DNA of 64,000 nt, taken from Chloroflexota bacterium. Its GTDB lineage: Bacteria; Chloroflexota; Limnocylindria; Limnocylindrales; CSP1-4. The position numbers and the translations under genes were made by a program. A model generated the notes under the pieces. The model searched no databases and was not told the DNA's origin. It worked only from the letters and a program-made list of their open reading frames with translations. The DNA lies in assembly GCA_919901745.1 (NCBI GenBank), contig CAKKPP010000004.1, positions 121,818-185,817 of the forward strand, in the 5' to 3' direction. Within the stretch, counting starts at the first letter, position 1. Each line of letters starts with the position of its first letter. Of this stretch, positions 1 through 9,151 are shown one piece after another.

Positions 1-1
1 A

Positions 2-340
2 CGGCTCGAGCGTTCGAAGAAGATCCCGCCCCTCGATGACACACCGGTCTGGGCGATCGTCTGTTTCGCCGTGTCCGTATCGGCGCGTGGGCAGGGGGTG
101 GGAAGGGCGCTCCTCGAAGCGGCCGTCGCCCACGCCGCGGATCGTGGCGCCACGACGCTCGAGGCCTACCCGGCGGACGTTCCGGCCGGAGACCGGATCC
201 ATCCAGATGCCGCGTTCGGCGGGACGCGGGCGATGTTCGAGGCGGCCGGGTTCAGCATGGTCGCGTCGACGGCCTCCAGGGTCGGGGGCGCGCCACGGGT
301 GATTGTTCGGCGCGAACTCGGCGCGGCACCCACGGCATGA
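2..340 (+). CDS. GNAT family N-acetyltransferase (5' end outside window)
   Basis: Open frame from the window edge: RSKKIPPLDDTPVWAIVCFAVSVSARGQGVGRALLEAA carries the acetyl-CoA-binding RGQGVG motif, then LEAYP and MFEAAGF. Confidence 0.85.
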   Translation, partial: RLERSKKIPPLDDTPVWAIVCFAVSVSARGQGVGRALLEAAVAHAADRGATTLEAYPADVPAGDRIHPDAAFGGTRAMFEAAGFSMVASTASRVGGAPRVIVRRELGAAPTA

Positions 341-374
341 CAGGGCGGCCACCTTTCCATCCCGCCAGCGGCTC

Positions 375-1232
375 ATGAGCAAGTCGGAATCCCGCGCCGA
401 GGCCGACGCCTTCAGGCTCCGTCGGATGGCCTTGTTCCCGAGCGTGTTCCTGGCGGGTCTGGGCCTGGCTTTCATGGTCCCAGCCCTGCAGGGGCGGCCG
501 GTCATCGCGCCGATCGTCGTAGGCTTGCTCGCGACGAGTTTGGTGCTCGTCGTTCTGGTCCGGCGCAGCGTCCTCAGGATGGATGAAGGCGCCGTGAGCG
601 TGCGCTTCTTGTCCATCCGCTCGACGACGGTTTTCTGGCAAACCGTGACTGCGGCGACCTACCAGATGTCCTTCCCCAGCATCAGCTTCGGGATTCACCT
701 CCGTGACGCAGGCGGGCGGCGGGTTGTGATCCACGCCGGTTGGTGGGAGCGTGAGGAGACGATCTTCACCAAGGTGGCGCGGCGGCTGCTGGAATTGCAG
801 ATCCCGATGGACGAGGCGACGGCTCTCATCGTTTCAAGGGCCACCGGGGCCCCGGCCCCGCCAGCCCAGATCGAGCACCGACCGCTCCTGCGTTCGGCTG
901 AGCACGCCCGCCCTTCAAGCGATCTTCGGGGAGCGAGCCTCCTAGTCGCGCTTGGAGTCGTCGGGCTCGTGCTGGGGTTGGCGACCGCTTCGCGAGGCGA
1001 GAGTGTTCCGTTGTTCCTTGTGTTTGTAATCGTTGGCGTATTGGTAGCCGTCCTATCGAGACCCAGGGATGATGTGTCGAGCCGTCCGTCCCGGATCCTA
1101 TTACAAGCCGGTCTCCTCATCGGGCCGGCGGCTATCCTGTCAGCGCTCTGGGGATCGGCCGGGAGCGGCTACGTCTTGGGGTTCGTGGCCGGACTGGCCC
1201 GAGCGCTACGCGGCCGTTCAAATGCGCCTTGA
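375..1232 (+). CDS. Hypothetical multi-pass membrane protein
   Basis: ORF 303..1232, likely ATG at 375 (MSKSESR). About 5 hydrophobic segments flank a soluble region. Confidence 0.6.
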   Translation: MSKSESRAEADAFRLRRMALFPSVFLAGLGLAFMVPALQGRPVIAPIVVGLLATSLVLVVLVRRSVLRMDEGAVSVRFLSIRSTTVFWQTVTAATYQMSFPSISFGIHLRDAGGRRVVIHAGWWEREETIFTKVARRLLELQIPMDEATALIVSRATGAPAPPAQIEHRPLLRSAEHARPSSDLRGASLLVALGVVGLVLGLATASRGESVPLFLVFVIVGVLVAVLSRPRDDVSSRPSRILLQAGLLIGPAAILSALWGSAGSGYVLGFVAGLARALRGRSNAP

Positions 1233-2151
1233 GAGGACGGCCTCCGCGAAACGCTTCAGGTGATTGGGTCGGTTCAGAATCGATCGGCCTTTAGCGTCGA
1301 TCTGCGGCGCGGTGGCCTCGGAATCGAATAGCTGATAAGTGTGCCCACAACTCATCGTCCGGCCGATCTTGAGACGACTTCCGTTCCATATCTGTGCTCC
1401 TGCGGCGTGATCGGGAGCAAACCCCGAGGGCGCTCGCGCGCGCCCGCTCTCAGGATAGGATCCGGAAGCGCTCCCCGGCCGGACGATGTTCGATCCCAGT
1501 GGCTGAATTGGGATCCGAGCCCTCACGTCCGCGCTCGCTGCCGAGCATACCAACGCTCGGATTCCCAAAGCATTGCTCCTCCTCGCAGGGACGATTCGGA
1601 GGATAGGACACCGAACGCTGATCGTCGAGGTTCCGATCGTCATTGCACTCGTCGGCAGCGAGCTCGTGATTCTGATGTTCCTTCTTCACCCGCAATCGAC
1701 GATTCCAGTCCGACTCGTCGCAGCAGCTGAACTGCTGGCCGCGGGCGCATGGCTCGTGTATCTCCGAGGGCTGATATCAAGCGAGGGATAGGGCGGCGTC
1801 GACACGGAGATCCAGGTGAACAGCCCTCCCCGCATGTCTCGCCCGGACTGGTCAGGAAGGGCACGTGGTGCAGGGTGTCCGCTCTCAACCCTCGCGGCCG
1901 TGTCTGGCAGTCAACAGGACGTGGCACAGACGCTCGTTCGGGACCTGGAAGATCGCGTTTGAAGCACCTCGGGCACCTTCAAGCCACCATTGATGACTCA
2001 GGGTCACGGATCTCCTGTCGACGGTCGATCATCCGTGCACCGCCCTGCCCTGTCGGAGCGCGTGGAGCCGCACCTGTTGACTCGCAGTCACGGCGTGCGC
2101 CCAGCAGCGCGCCATGGTCTCGGCCTCACGCCACTGTCGGCATGCCGACGA

Positions 2152-2181
2152 TTGACATCGGCTTGGCCGAAGTTCTACACT
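2152..2181 (+). promoter_or_regulatory. Sigma70-type promoter
   Basis: TTGACA (2152-2157), 18-nt spacer, TACACT (2176-2181), upstream of the leader ORF. Confidence 0.65.
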
Positions 2182-2237
2182 CCGCCACTGGTGCGGGTTC
2201 CGCGCCGTCTGTCCATCTCAGAGGAGGGCGACTCCGA

Positions 2238-2321
2238 ATGAGCAAGCTCGTCTACGCGCGACACACGACGGCGCCTTTCAGCGCCGCCGATCGCGGGAGA
2301 TCTGCGCCCATCTCGAGGTGA
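2238..2321 (+). CDS. Putative 27-aa leader peptide MSKLVYARHTTAPFSAADRGRSAPISR
   Basis: GAGGAGG at 2221-2227, ATG 2238, TGA 2319-2321. Lies between the promoter and a terminator hairpin. Confidence 0.6.
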   Translation: MSKLVYARHTTAPFSAADRGRSAPISR

Positions 2322-2357
2322 CGGAACGGCGGTAGAACCGCCACCGAACGAACCACG

Positions 2358-2388
2358 AGCCGTGGGCCAGACGGGCCCCGGCTTTTTT
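2358..2388 (+). terminator. Intrinsic terminator / attenuator in the 5' leader
   Basis: AGCCG-T-GGGCC, loop AGACG, GGCCC-CGGCT, followed by a T6 run (2383-2388). Confidence 0.75.
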
Positions 2389-2524
2389 GATGCCCTGCCG
2401 CCCGACGACGCGCGAGGCATCCCAGAGCCGTGAGCCCACCCGACGCGACGCGTCAACGGGCCCGCGGCTCTTGCCGTTTCGGGAGTCCGGACCAATCAGC
2501 CAGCAACCACCAGGAGCACACGAC

Positions 2525-3457
2525 GTGACCGCCACCACCACCAGACAATCGAAGAAGGATCGCTGGGACCGTCACGCCTCGCGCGTGACCGAACCCCGGG
2601 AATCCTGGGGACCGTCGGCGCAGCTTGCCGCGACCGATACCGATCCGACTCCGCCCGCCCTCCTCGTCGAGGGCGTGACGAAGCGGTTCGCGGTCGGGCG
2701 CAAGAAGAAGCCGGTGACGGCAATCTCGAACGTCTCGCTGCGCCTCGAACGCGGCGGGATCGTCGGGATCCTGGGTGCCAACGGTTCGGGCAAGTCGACG
2801 CTCATCCGGCTGATGTGCGGCCTGCTCACGCTCGACGAGGGTCGGGTCGAGGTCTTCGGCCACGACATCGTCCGCGATGAGCTCGCCGTCAAGCGCCTGA
2901 TCAATCGGGTGTCCGTCGATGCTGCGTTCTTCAAGAAGCTCAGCCCCATGGAGAACCTGCTCTTCGCAGCCCGGCTGTACGGCCTGGACGCGGGGACGGC
3001 CCGCGGAGACGCGGTGGCGATCCTCGGGCGCCTGGGCATCGCCGAGAGGCGGGTCAATCGACCCGTGGAGCAGATGAGCCGGGGGATGCAGCAGAAGGTC
3101 GCGATCGCGCGAGCCCTGCTGACGAGCCCGTCACTGCTCCTTCTCGACGAACCCACGACCGGCCTGGACCCGCGCAGCAAGCTCGACGTCCAGGCGTTCA
3201 TCGAGGAGATCCGCGACGACCACGACGCATCCATCGTCCTGACGACCCACGACCTCGACGAGGCGGAACGGCTGTGTGGCCGGATCACGATCCTCGCCGA
3301 CGGGAAGGTGGTCGCCGAGGACTCGCCGGACGGCCTGAAGCGACTCGTTGCCGAGCGCCACGGCCAGGAGCCGACGCTCCACAACGTGTTCATGACCTAT
3401 ACCGGCCGCTCCCTCGACGACGACGTCGAGGAGGACGGCTCCAAGGACGACGAATGA
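2525..3457 (+). CDS. ABC transporter ATP-binding protein (DrrA/NodI-like exporter)
   Basis: Walker A GANGSGKST, signature MSRGMQQK, Walker B LLLLDEP, H-loop TTHD. GTG at 2525 follows AGGAG. Confidence 0.92.
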   Translation: MTATTTRQSKKDRWDRHASRVTEPRESWGPSAQLAATDTDPTPPALLVEGVTKRFAVGRKKKPVTAISNVSLRLERGGIVGILGANGSGKSTLIRLMCGLLTLDEGRVEVFGHDIVRDELAVKRLINRVSVDAAFFKKLSPMENLLFAARLYGLDAGTARGDAVAILGRLGIAERRVNRPVEQMSRGMQQKVAIARALLTSPSLLLLDEPTTGLDPRSKLDVQAFIEEIRDDHDASIVLTTHDLDEAERLCGRITILADGKVVAEDSPDGLKRLVAERHGQEPTLHNVFMTYTGRSLDDDVEEDGSKDDE

Positions 3458-3492
3458 CCGCTCCGAATCCAGGACGAAAGGAGGTGAACAAC

Positions 3493-3711
3493 ATGGAACA
3501 CCTGGCCCAACTGCGCCTGCAGCGTGCGCAGGACCACATCGCCCGCGCCCATCGCGCGGCCGCCGACGAGCGCCTCGCGCGCCTCGCTCTGCCGGCCGGC
3601 GAGGACCGCTCGCGAGCCATCCGCAGGTCGCTCGGCCGCCGCTTCATCTCGATCGGCGAACGACTGGCCCTCGAGCCCGAGCCAGGGCTTCGGCCGGCCC
3701 GGTCCCGCTGA
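3493..3711 (+). CDS. Small basic hypothetical protein (72 aa)
   Basis: AAAGGAGGTGA RBS before ATG 3493; fills the gap between ATPase and permease genes. Confidence 0.65.
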   Translation: MEHLAQLRLQRAQDHIARAHRAAADERLARLALPAGEDRSRAIRRSLGRRFISIGERLALEPEPGLRPARSR

Positions 3712-3748
3712 GGGACCGAGCCGGCCACCACAGACCAAGGAGATCACC

Positions 3749-4552
3749 GTGACTCTCGTCGCCCATGAGCTGAAGGCGAGCTACGCCTTCATCGAGCGCA
3801 ACTTCAACCTCACCCGCCGGTACTGGGGCTGGGAAGTCGCCTTCCTGGTCTATTCCGTCGCGGGCGCTCTCTCGATCTCGCTCATCGGTGCCGACCAGGG
3901 CAGCCCCACGCTGCTCCTGACCCTGATGGTCGGGGCGATCTTCTGGAACTACCTGTCGGTCGTGTTCAGCTGGATCGCCGAGACGATCGCCGTCGAGCGC
4001 TGGGAGGGCACGCTCGAATACACGATGATGGCGCCCGTGCGACGCTGGGCCCAGCTGCTGGGCTCGGTGTCGTACGCGATGGTCTACGGCCTGATCCACA
4101 CGGCCGTGATCCTCGTGGCGCTCATCCTGTTCTTCCCGCAGCTCGAGGTCGCCAACGCGAACCCCGCGACGGTGATCGCGTTCATGGTCCTGGGCTCGTT
4201 CAGCTTCGTCGGGATCGGGATGATCGCCGCGATCCTGCCGCTTCTCTACGTGGAGCGTGGAGCCCAGATGACGTTTGTCCTGCAATCGGTCCTGCTGCTC
4301 GTCAGCGGGGTCTACTACTCGATCGACGTCCTGCCCGGCTGGATGCAGGTGCTCTCACACCTGTCGCCGGCGACGTACGTCCTCGAGGGCGTCCGGGCCG
4401 GGCTCATCGAGGGGATCGGCGTCGACGCGCTGCTCGGCGATGTCTGGCCGCTGCTCGTCATGGGCGCGGTCCTCATCCCGTTCGGCCTGTGGGCCTTCGG
4501 GAAGGCCGAGCGCTACGCCAAGCGCACCGGCAAGTTGAAGAGAGTCGGATGA
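3749..4552 (+). CDS. ABC-2 type transporter permease
   Basis: About 6 TM segments, ERWEGTLEYTMMAP motif, SGVYYSIDVLPGWMQ...SPATY. AAGGAG precedes GTG 3749. Confidence 0.9.
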   Translation: MTLVAHELKASYAFIERNFNLTRRYWGWEVAFLVYSVAGALSISLIGADQGSPTLLLTLMVGAIFWNYLSVVFSWIAETIAVERWEGTLEYTMMAPVRRWAQLLGSVSYAMVYGLIHTAVILVALILFFPQLEVANANPATVIAFMVLGSFSFVGIGMIAAILPLLYVERGAQMTFVLQSVLLLVSGVYYSIDVLPGWMQVLSHLSPATYVLEGVRAGLIEGIGVDALLGDVWPLLVMGAVLIPFGLWAFGKAERYAKRTGKLKRVG

Positions 4553-4556
4553 CGAG

Positions 4557-5960
4557 ATGAACGAAGTCACGACGTCGGATCGAACACGATCGAAGATCGA
4601 GCGCTACCTCGAGGGGCAGCGCTACTTCGACCTGGGTGTCGGATGGGACGCGGTCGTCGGACATGATCACGCGAAGCGCGAGCTGAACGTGATCGTGGAG
4701 TCCCTCCGCCGGCGGGATATCGCCGAACAGCTCGGGATCCCACTCGTGAAGGGTGTGCTGATCACCGGGCCGTCCGGGACTGGGAAGACCCTCCTCGCGC
4801 GCGCCTTCGCCGGTGCGCTCGAGCGCGCGGTCTATGTCCTGTCCGCAGCCGAGCTGTCGCCGCGCCGCATCGCGCGCACTTACGAGGTGCTGGCGGACAC
4901 GCCGTGCGTCATCGTCATCGACGAGATCGACCTCATCGCGCGGCGGAGCTATGGGCGCCAGCCGCGATCGCGGACCGTCGGGGCGCTGTGTGTCGCCCTC
5001 GACGGGCTGGTCCCGATCACCGGACCGGTGACGCTCGGGCTGACCGCGGGTGACCCTGAGGACCTCGATCCGTCGATCATTCGGAGTGGGCGGCTGACCA
5101 CGAAGATCGTTCTGAAAGAACCGGATCGGGCCGAACGCCTCGTTCTGTGGCGTCGCGCTCTTGAGCGGATCGCCTCGGAGGGCGATCTCGGACTGGCTGA
5201 CGCAGCGGATCGCTCGCAGGGGATGACCGGGGCCGATATCGTTGCGACCGCGCTCGCGGCTGCCGGGCTTGCCCTCGCCGACGGGCGGACGACGCTCGAT
5301 CGGGCCCACCTCGAGGAGGCCATCGAACGGCGCGGATTCGTGCGCCGCCGGGCCGCCCACGACGATCGGATCCGGCGCGCCACCGCGCTCCACGAGGCCG
5401 GGCACGCGGTCGTTGCCTTCCTGGCACTCGGAGCAGATGCCCTCAACGACGTGGCGGTCTCGGTATCGGTCGCGGGGTCTGGTCACACGGCACTGCGCAC
5501 CGAGTGGTCGGACGCGCACGGGTTCAGCGGGCGGTTGTGGCGGCTGCGGGTCCAGCTGAGCCTCGCCGGCCTCGTGGCCGAGGAGGCCTTCAATCAGCCG
5601 GACGGACTGACCATGGGGTCCCAGGCCGACATCAATGACGCGACCGGGCTGATCCTCGTAGCCGCCGAACACGGCCTGCTTGGCTGGACGGCACTGGCAT
5701 CACCGACCCGTATGGAGCGCGGACCCAACCCGGAGTCGTACGACGACCACGGGTCGCCTCAGATGCGCGACGAACTCTGGTTGGCGGTGAAGCGCGAACT
5801 CGACGAGGCACATGCGGCATGCCGCGCGACCCTCGAGCCGTACCGCTCCGCAGTGGAAGCGCTCGCCGAACGGGTTCTGCTCGAGGGAACGCTGTCGGGT
5901 GTCGCCCTGGCCGTCGCCCTGCGGGCGACCGGTATCCCGGAGGGCTCGGACGATGTCTGA
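4557..5960 (+). CDS. FtsH-like AAA+ ATPase / M41 zinc metallopeptidase without TM anchor
   Basis: GPSGTGKT, IVIDEID, SRH-like IIRSGRL, HEAGH, LAGLVAEE, GSQADINDAT. Confidence 0.85.
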   Translation: MNEVTTSDRTRSKIERYLEGQRYFDLGVGWDAVVGHDHAKRELNVIVESLRRRDIAEQLGIPLVKGVLITGPSGTGKTLLARAFAGALERAVYVLSAAELSPRRIARTYEVLADTPCVIVIDEIDLIARRSYGRQPRSRTVGALCVALDGLVPITGPVTLGLTAGDPEDLDPSIIRSGRLTTKIVLKEPDRAERLVLWRRALERIASEGDLGLADAADRSQGMTGADIVATALAAAGLALADGRTTLDRAHLEEAIERRGFVRRRAAHDDRIRRATALHEAGHAVVAFLALGADALNDVAVSVSVAGSGHTALRTEWSDAHGFSGRLWRLRVQLSLAGLVAEEAFNQPDGLTMGSQADINDATGLILVAAEHGLLGWTALASPTRMERGPNPESYDDHGSPQMRDELWLAVKRELDEAHAACRATLEPYRSAVEALAERVLLEGTLSGVALAVALRATGIPEGSDDV

Positions 5961-7041
5961 CCTCGAGGCCTTCGGCTGGGACGACGGGCACGCAGCCGCC
6001 TTCGCCGGGCTCGTCTCGAACGGGTCGAGCGGCGCGAGGCGGGAACCTGGCCGGGTCGTCGTCGAGGAACGCGGCCAGTATCTCGTTCGAACCGCGCTCG
6101 ACGAATCCCCCGCGGAGATCAGCGGCCGGTTCAGGTTCGGCGTCACGGAGACCGCCGACTTCCCGGCGGTGGGTGACTGGGTCGTCCTCGAGCGAGCAGG
6201 GCGCACAGCGGTCATCCATGCAACGCTCCCCCGCCGGACGGCGCTCGTCCGGCGGACACCCGGGGATCGAGACTCATCGGGTCAGGTCCTCGCTGCAAAC
6301 ATCGATCTCGTGTTCGTGGTCACGTCGATGGACGGTGACCTCAACCTGCGCCGGCTCGAACGGTTCCTGGCCGTCGCCTGGGAATCCGGCGCGCAACCGA
6401 TCGTGGTGCTGTCCAAGGAAGACGTCGCGGCCGATCCCCGCGGGGCCCAGCTGGCCGTCGACGCGATCGCCCAGGGCGTCCCCATCCTGTCGGTCAGCGC
6501 GCTCCGAGGCTCCGGGATGGACGCGATCCGCGAGCGCCTGCTCGACCGCCAGACGGTCGCCGTCGTCGGCTCATCGGGCGTCGGCAAGTCGACCCTCATC
6601 AACGTCCTGCTCGGCGAGGCGTTGCTCGACACCGGTGGCGTCCGCGAGGACGACTCAAGGGGGCGCCACACGACGACGCGACGCCATCTGCTGCGGCTGT
6701 CACGCGGCCTGATCATCGATACACCCGGGATGCGCGAGCTGGGTCTCGCGGACGAGGGCGGCCTCGACCGCGCCTTCGACGACATCGCCGCGCTCGCCGC
6801 CGACTGTCGGTTCACCGATTGCGCCCATCGGTCCGAGCCGGGCTGCGCCGTGCGGCTGGCCATCGACCATGGCGCCCTCACCGAGGAACGCCTCGAGGCC
6901 CACCAGAAGCTGGAACAGGAAGGCGCCCACCAGGCTCGCCGGCACGACGCGCTCGCGCGCATCGCGGAGCGCAAGAAGTGGAAACAGATCGGTGCGGCGA
7001 CCTCGCGACACATGCGGGAGAAGTACGGAGACGACCGATGA
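5953..7041 (+). CDS. rsgA: Ribosome small subunit-dependent GTPase A
   Basis: PAVGDWV OB-fold, circularly permuted G motifs SKED, GSSGVGKST, GRHTTT, DTPG, and zinc finger CRFTDCAHRSEPGC. Confidence 0.95.
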   Translation: MSDLEAFGWDDGHAAAFAGLVSNGSSGARREPGRVVVEERGQYLVRTALDESPAEISGRFRFGVTETADFPAVGDWVVLERAGRTAVIHATLPRRTALVRRTPGDRDSSGQVLAANIDLVFVVTSMDGDLNLRRLERFLAVAWESGAQPIVVLSKEDVAADPRGAQLAVDAIAQGVPILSVSALRGSGMDAIRERLLDRQTVAVVGSSGVGKSTLINVLLGEALLDTGGVREDDSRGRHTTTRRHLLRLSRGLIIDTPGMRELGLADEGGLDRAFDDIAALAADCRFTDCAHRSEPGCAVRLAIDHGALTEERLEAHQKLEQEGAHQARRHDALARIAERKKWKQIGAATSRHMREKYGDDR

Positions 7042-8030
7042 CCCGACGAGCAACCGAGGGTGCGCCGGATATCGACGGCTTCGTGTTTCGACGGTTCGCC
7101 CCAGAGCACGATTACCCGGGCATCACCGCGGTCCTGCAGGCTCAGATGTTGGCCGACCACGTCTCCTACCTTCCGACCGAGGCCTCGATCCGCAACGACT
7201 ACGACAACATGGCCGGATTCGATGCGAGACGCGATGCCATCGTCGCCGAGGTCGGCGGCCGGATCGTCGCGATGGGCGCGGTCATCCGCTCCATCCGGGA
7301 TGGCGCGACGCAGTTCACCCTCGATGCCGCCGTGCACCCGGAATGGCGTCGACGACGGATCGGCACGGCCATCCTGCGCTGGCAGGAGGCGCGGGCGCAG
7401 GAGCGCCTCGATGAGGAGCCGGCAGACGGCAACGTCGCGCTGATGAGCTGGATCGACGACACCCAGGTCGGGGCACTTGCGCTCCTGGCCAACGCCGGCT
7501 ATCGGCAGGTCCGCTATGGCTTCATGATGCTGCGCGATCTCGCCGACGCGATCCCCGACGTCAGTCTCCCGGCGCCGCTCGAGATTCGGCCGGTCCGCGA
7601 GGAGGACCACCGACGCATCTTCGAGGCCGAAAATGAGGCGTTCCGCGACCACTGGAACCACCGCGAGCAGGAGGAAGTCGACTTCGTCAGGACCTTCGCG
7701 CAGCCCGACATCGACACATCCCTCTGGCGGATCGCGTGGGACGGAGACGAGGTCGCGTCGGTCGTCATGAACTGCATCTACCCGGAGGAGAACGAGGGCC
7801 TCGGCGTGCGGCGCGGCTGGCTCGATCGCATCTCGACCCGGCGTCCGTGGCGGCGACGCGGCGTCGCCTCCGCACTCATCGTGTCGTCGTTCCAGGCCTT
7901 CCGCGAGCGCGGAATGACGGACGCTGCGCTCGGGGTGGACTCGGAAAACCCGAATGGCGCCCTTGGGCTGTACGTGGGCCTCGGTTTCCGCCGTCACCAG
8001 ACGGGGATCGCCCACCGAAAGGAGCTGTAG
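7038..8030 (+). CDS. Tandem-domain GNAT acetyltransferase
   Basis: Two GNAT motifs (VHPEWRRRRIGTA; RRPWRRRGVASAL...LGVDSENPNGALGLY). ATGA overlap with the rsgA stop. Confidence 0.88.
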   Translation: MTRRATEGAPDIDGFVFRRFAPEHDYPGITAVLQAQMLADHVSYLPTEASIRNDYDNMAGFDARRDAIVAEVGGRIVAMGAVIRSIRDGATQFTLDAAVHPEWRRRRIGTAILRWQEARAQERLDEEPADGNVALMSWIDDTQVGALALLANAGYRQVRYGFMMLRDLADAIPDVSLPAPLEIRPVREEDHRRIFEAENEAFRDHWNHREQEEVDFVRTFAQPDIDTSLWRIAWDGDEVASVVMNCIYPEENEGLGVRRGWLDRISTRRPWRRRGVASALIVSSFQAFRERGMTDAALGVDSENPNGALGLYVGLGFRRHQTGIAHRKEL

Positions 8031-8043
8031 CGACTCCCGGCCG

Positions 8044-8682
8044 TCAGGCCAGCAGCCGACCCGACTGGCGAACCAGCTCCATCCATGGGCGCTCGCGGCC
8101 GATCGTCGTCGTCGCGCCGTGGCCCGGGAGAACGGTCGTGCCGTCCGGAAGCGCAGTCAGGCGCACCAGCGACTCCGCCATCAGCTGGGCGTCGCCGCCG
8201 GGCAGGTCAACCCTCCCCCATCCCCCGGCGAACAGCGTGTCGCCGCTGAACAGGAGCGCCTCGTCATCGCTGAGCAGGCAGACCGAACCCTCGGTGTGAC
8301 CGGGCGTATGCATGACGCGCAGCCGGATGGACCCGAAGCGGACCTCGCCACCCTCGGCCAGTTCCACGGCCGGAACGCACGGCGGGATCTCGAAGGGCGC
8401 CCACAGCGCTTGGGGGTCCGTGAGTCGATGCCAGTCCAGTGGATGTGCCGCGATCTGCGCGCCGGTGTGCTCGGCCACCGCAGCGTTGTCCCCGGTGTGA
8501 TCCCAGTGCCCGTGCGTCGTCACGATGAGCTTCAACGTCCAGTCGCGCGACACGAGCTCATCGCGGATCCAGGCGAGCGACGGGATCGCCGTATCGACGG
8601 CGATGGCCTCGCGCGTTCGTTCGTCGGCGAGCAGGTGGACGTTCGTCGCGATCGGCCCGACGACCCGGCTCAGGCGCTGCAT
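8044..8682 (-). CDS. MBL-fold metallo-hydrolase (glyoxalase II-like)
   Basis: THGHWDH, HTPGHTEGS, FSGDTLF, PGHG motifs. Confidence 0.92.
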   Translation of the reverse strand: MQRLSRVVGPIATNVHLLADERTREAIAVDTAIPSLAWIRDELVSRDWTLKLIVTTHGHWDHTGDNAAVAEHTGAQIAAHPLDWHRLTDPQALWAPFEIPPCVPAVELAEGGEVRFGSIRLRVMHTPGHTEGSVCLLSDDEALLFSGDTLFAGGWGRVDLPGGDAQLMAESLVRLTALPDGTTVLPGHGATTTIGRERPWMELVRQSGRLLA

Positions 8683-8710
8683 GCGGAGCGTGTGGCTGTG
8701 CGGCCGTGCG

Positions 8711-9151
8711 TCAGCCTTCGAGCTTGGCCTTGATGCAATCGAACGTCTGGCCGACGATCTTGTTGGCCGTACCCTCCATGAGGCGCGCCCCGACTCCAGC
8801 GAGCGAGCCCGAGATGTCGACCTCCGCCGACCAGTCCATCGTCGTCGGTCCCTCCGGCGGGCCGGACAGCAGCATCGAACCGACTGCGTCGACCGCACTT
8901 CCGGGGGCCTGACCGCTCGCCTTGATCACGGCCTTGTCCGGCGCCGTCAGCTCCGCGAACGTCATGTTCACCACGAACTTCGCGCTGATGAACCCGACGC
9001 CGACCTTCGCCCGCACCTTGAAGTTCGCTGCGTCGATGATCTCCACCGATTCGACACCAGGACCGCACGAACTCACCTTGTCGGGGTCAATCAGGAAGGC
9101 CCACGTCCTGGCGCGGGGGGCGTCGATCTGGACGGTGCCGGAAAACAGCAT
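8711..9151 (-). CDS. coxG: CoxG / SRPBCC-domain protein
   Basis: FLIDPDKVSSCGPGVE, KVGVGFISAKF, SGSLAGVGARLM pattern; lies downstream of coxL. Confidence 0.85.
   Translation of the reverse strand: MLFSGTVQIDAPRARTWAFLIDPDKVSSCGPGVESVEIIDAANFKVRAKVGVGFISAKFVVNMTFAELTAPDKAVIKASGQAPGSAVDAVGSMLLSGPPEGPTTMDWSAEVDISGSLAGVGARLMEGTANKIVGQTFDCIKAKLEG

Noticed and set aside
2292..2300. RGR in the leader peptide as a macrolide arrest motif
   Set aside because: A ribosome stalled there would cover the antiterminator strand and favour termination, and RxR is common by chance in GC-rich ORFs.
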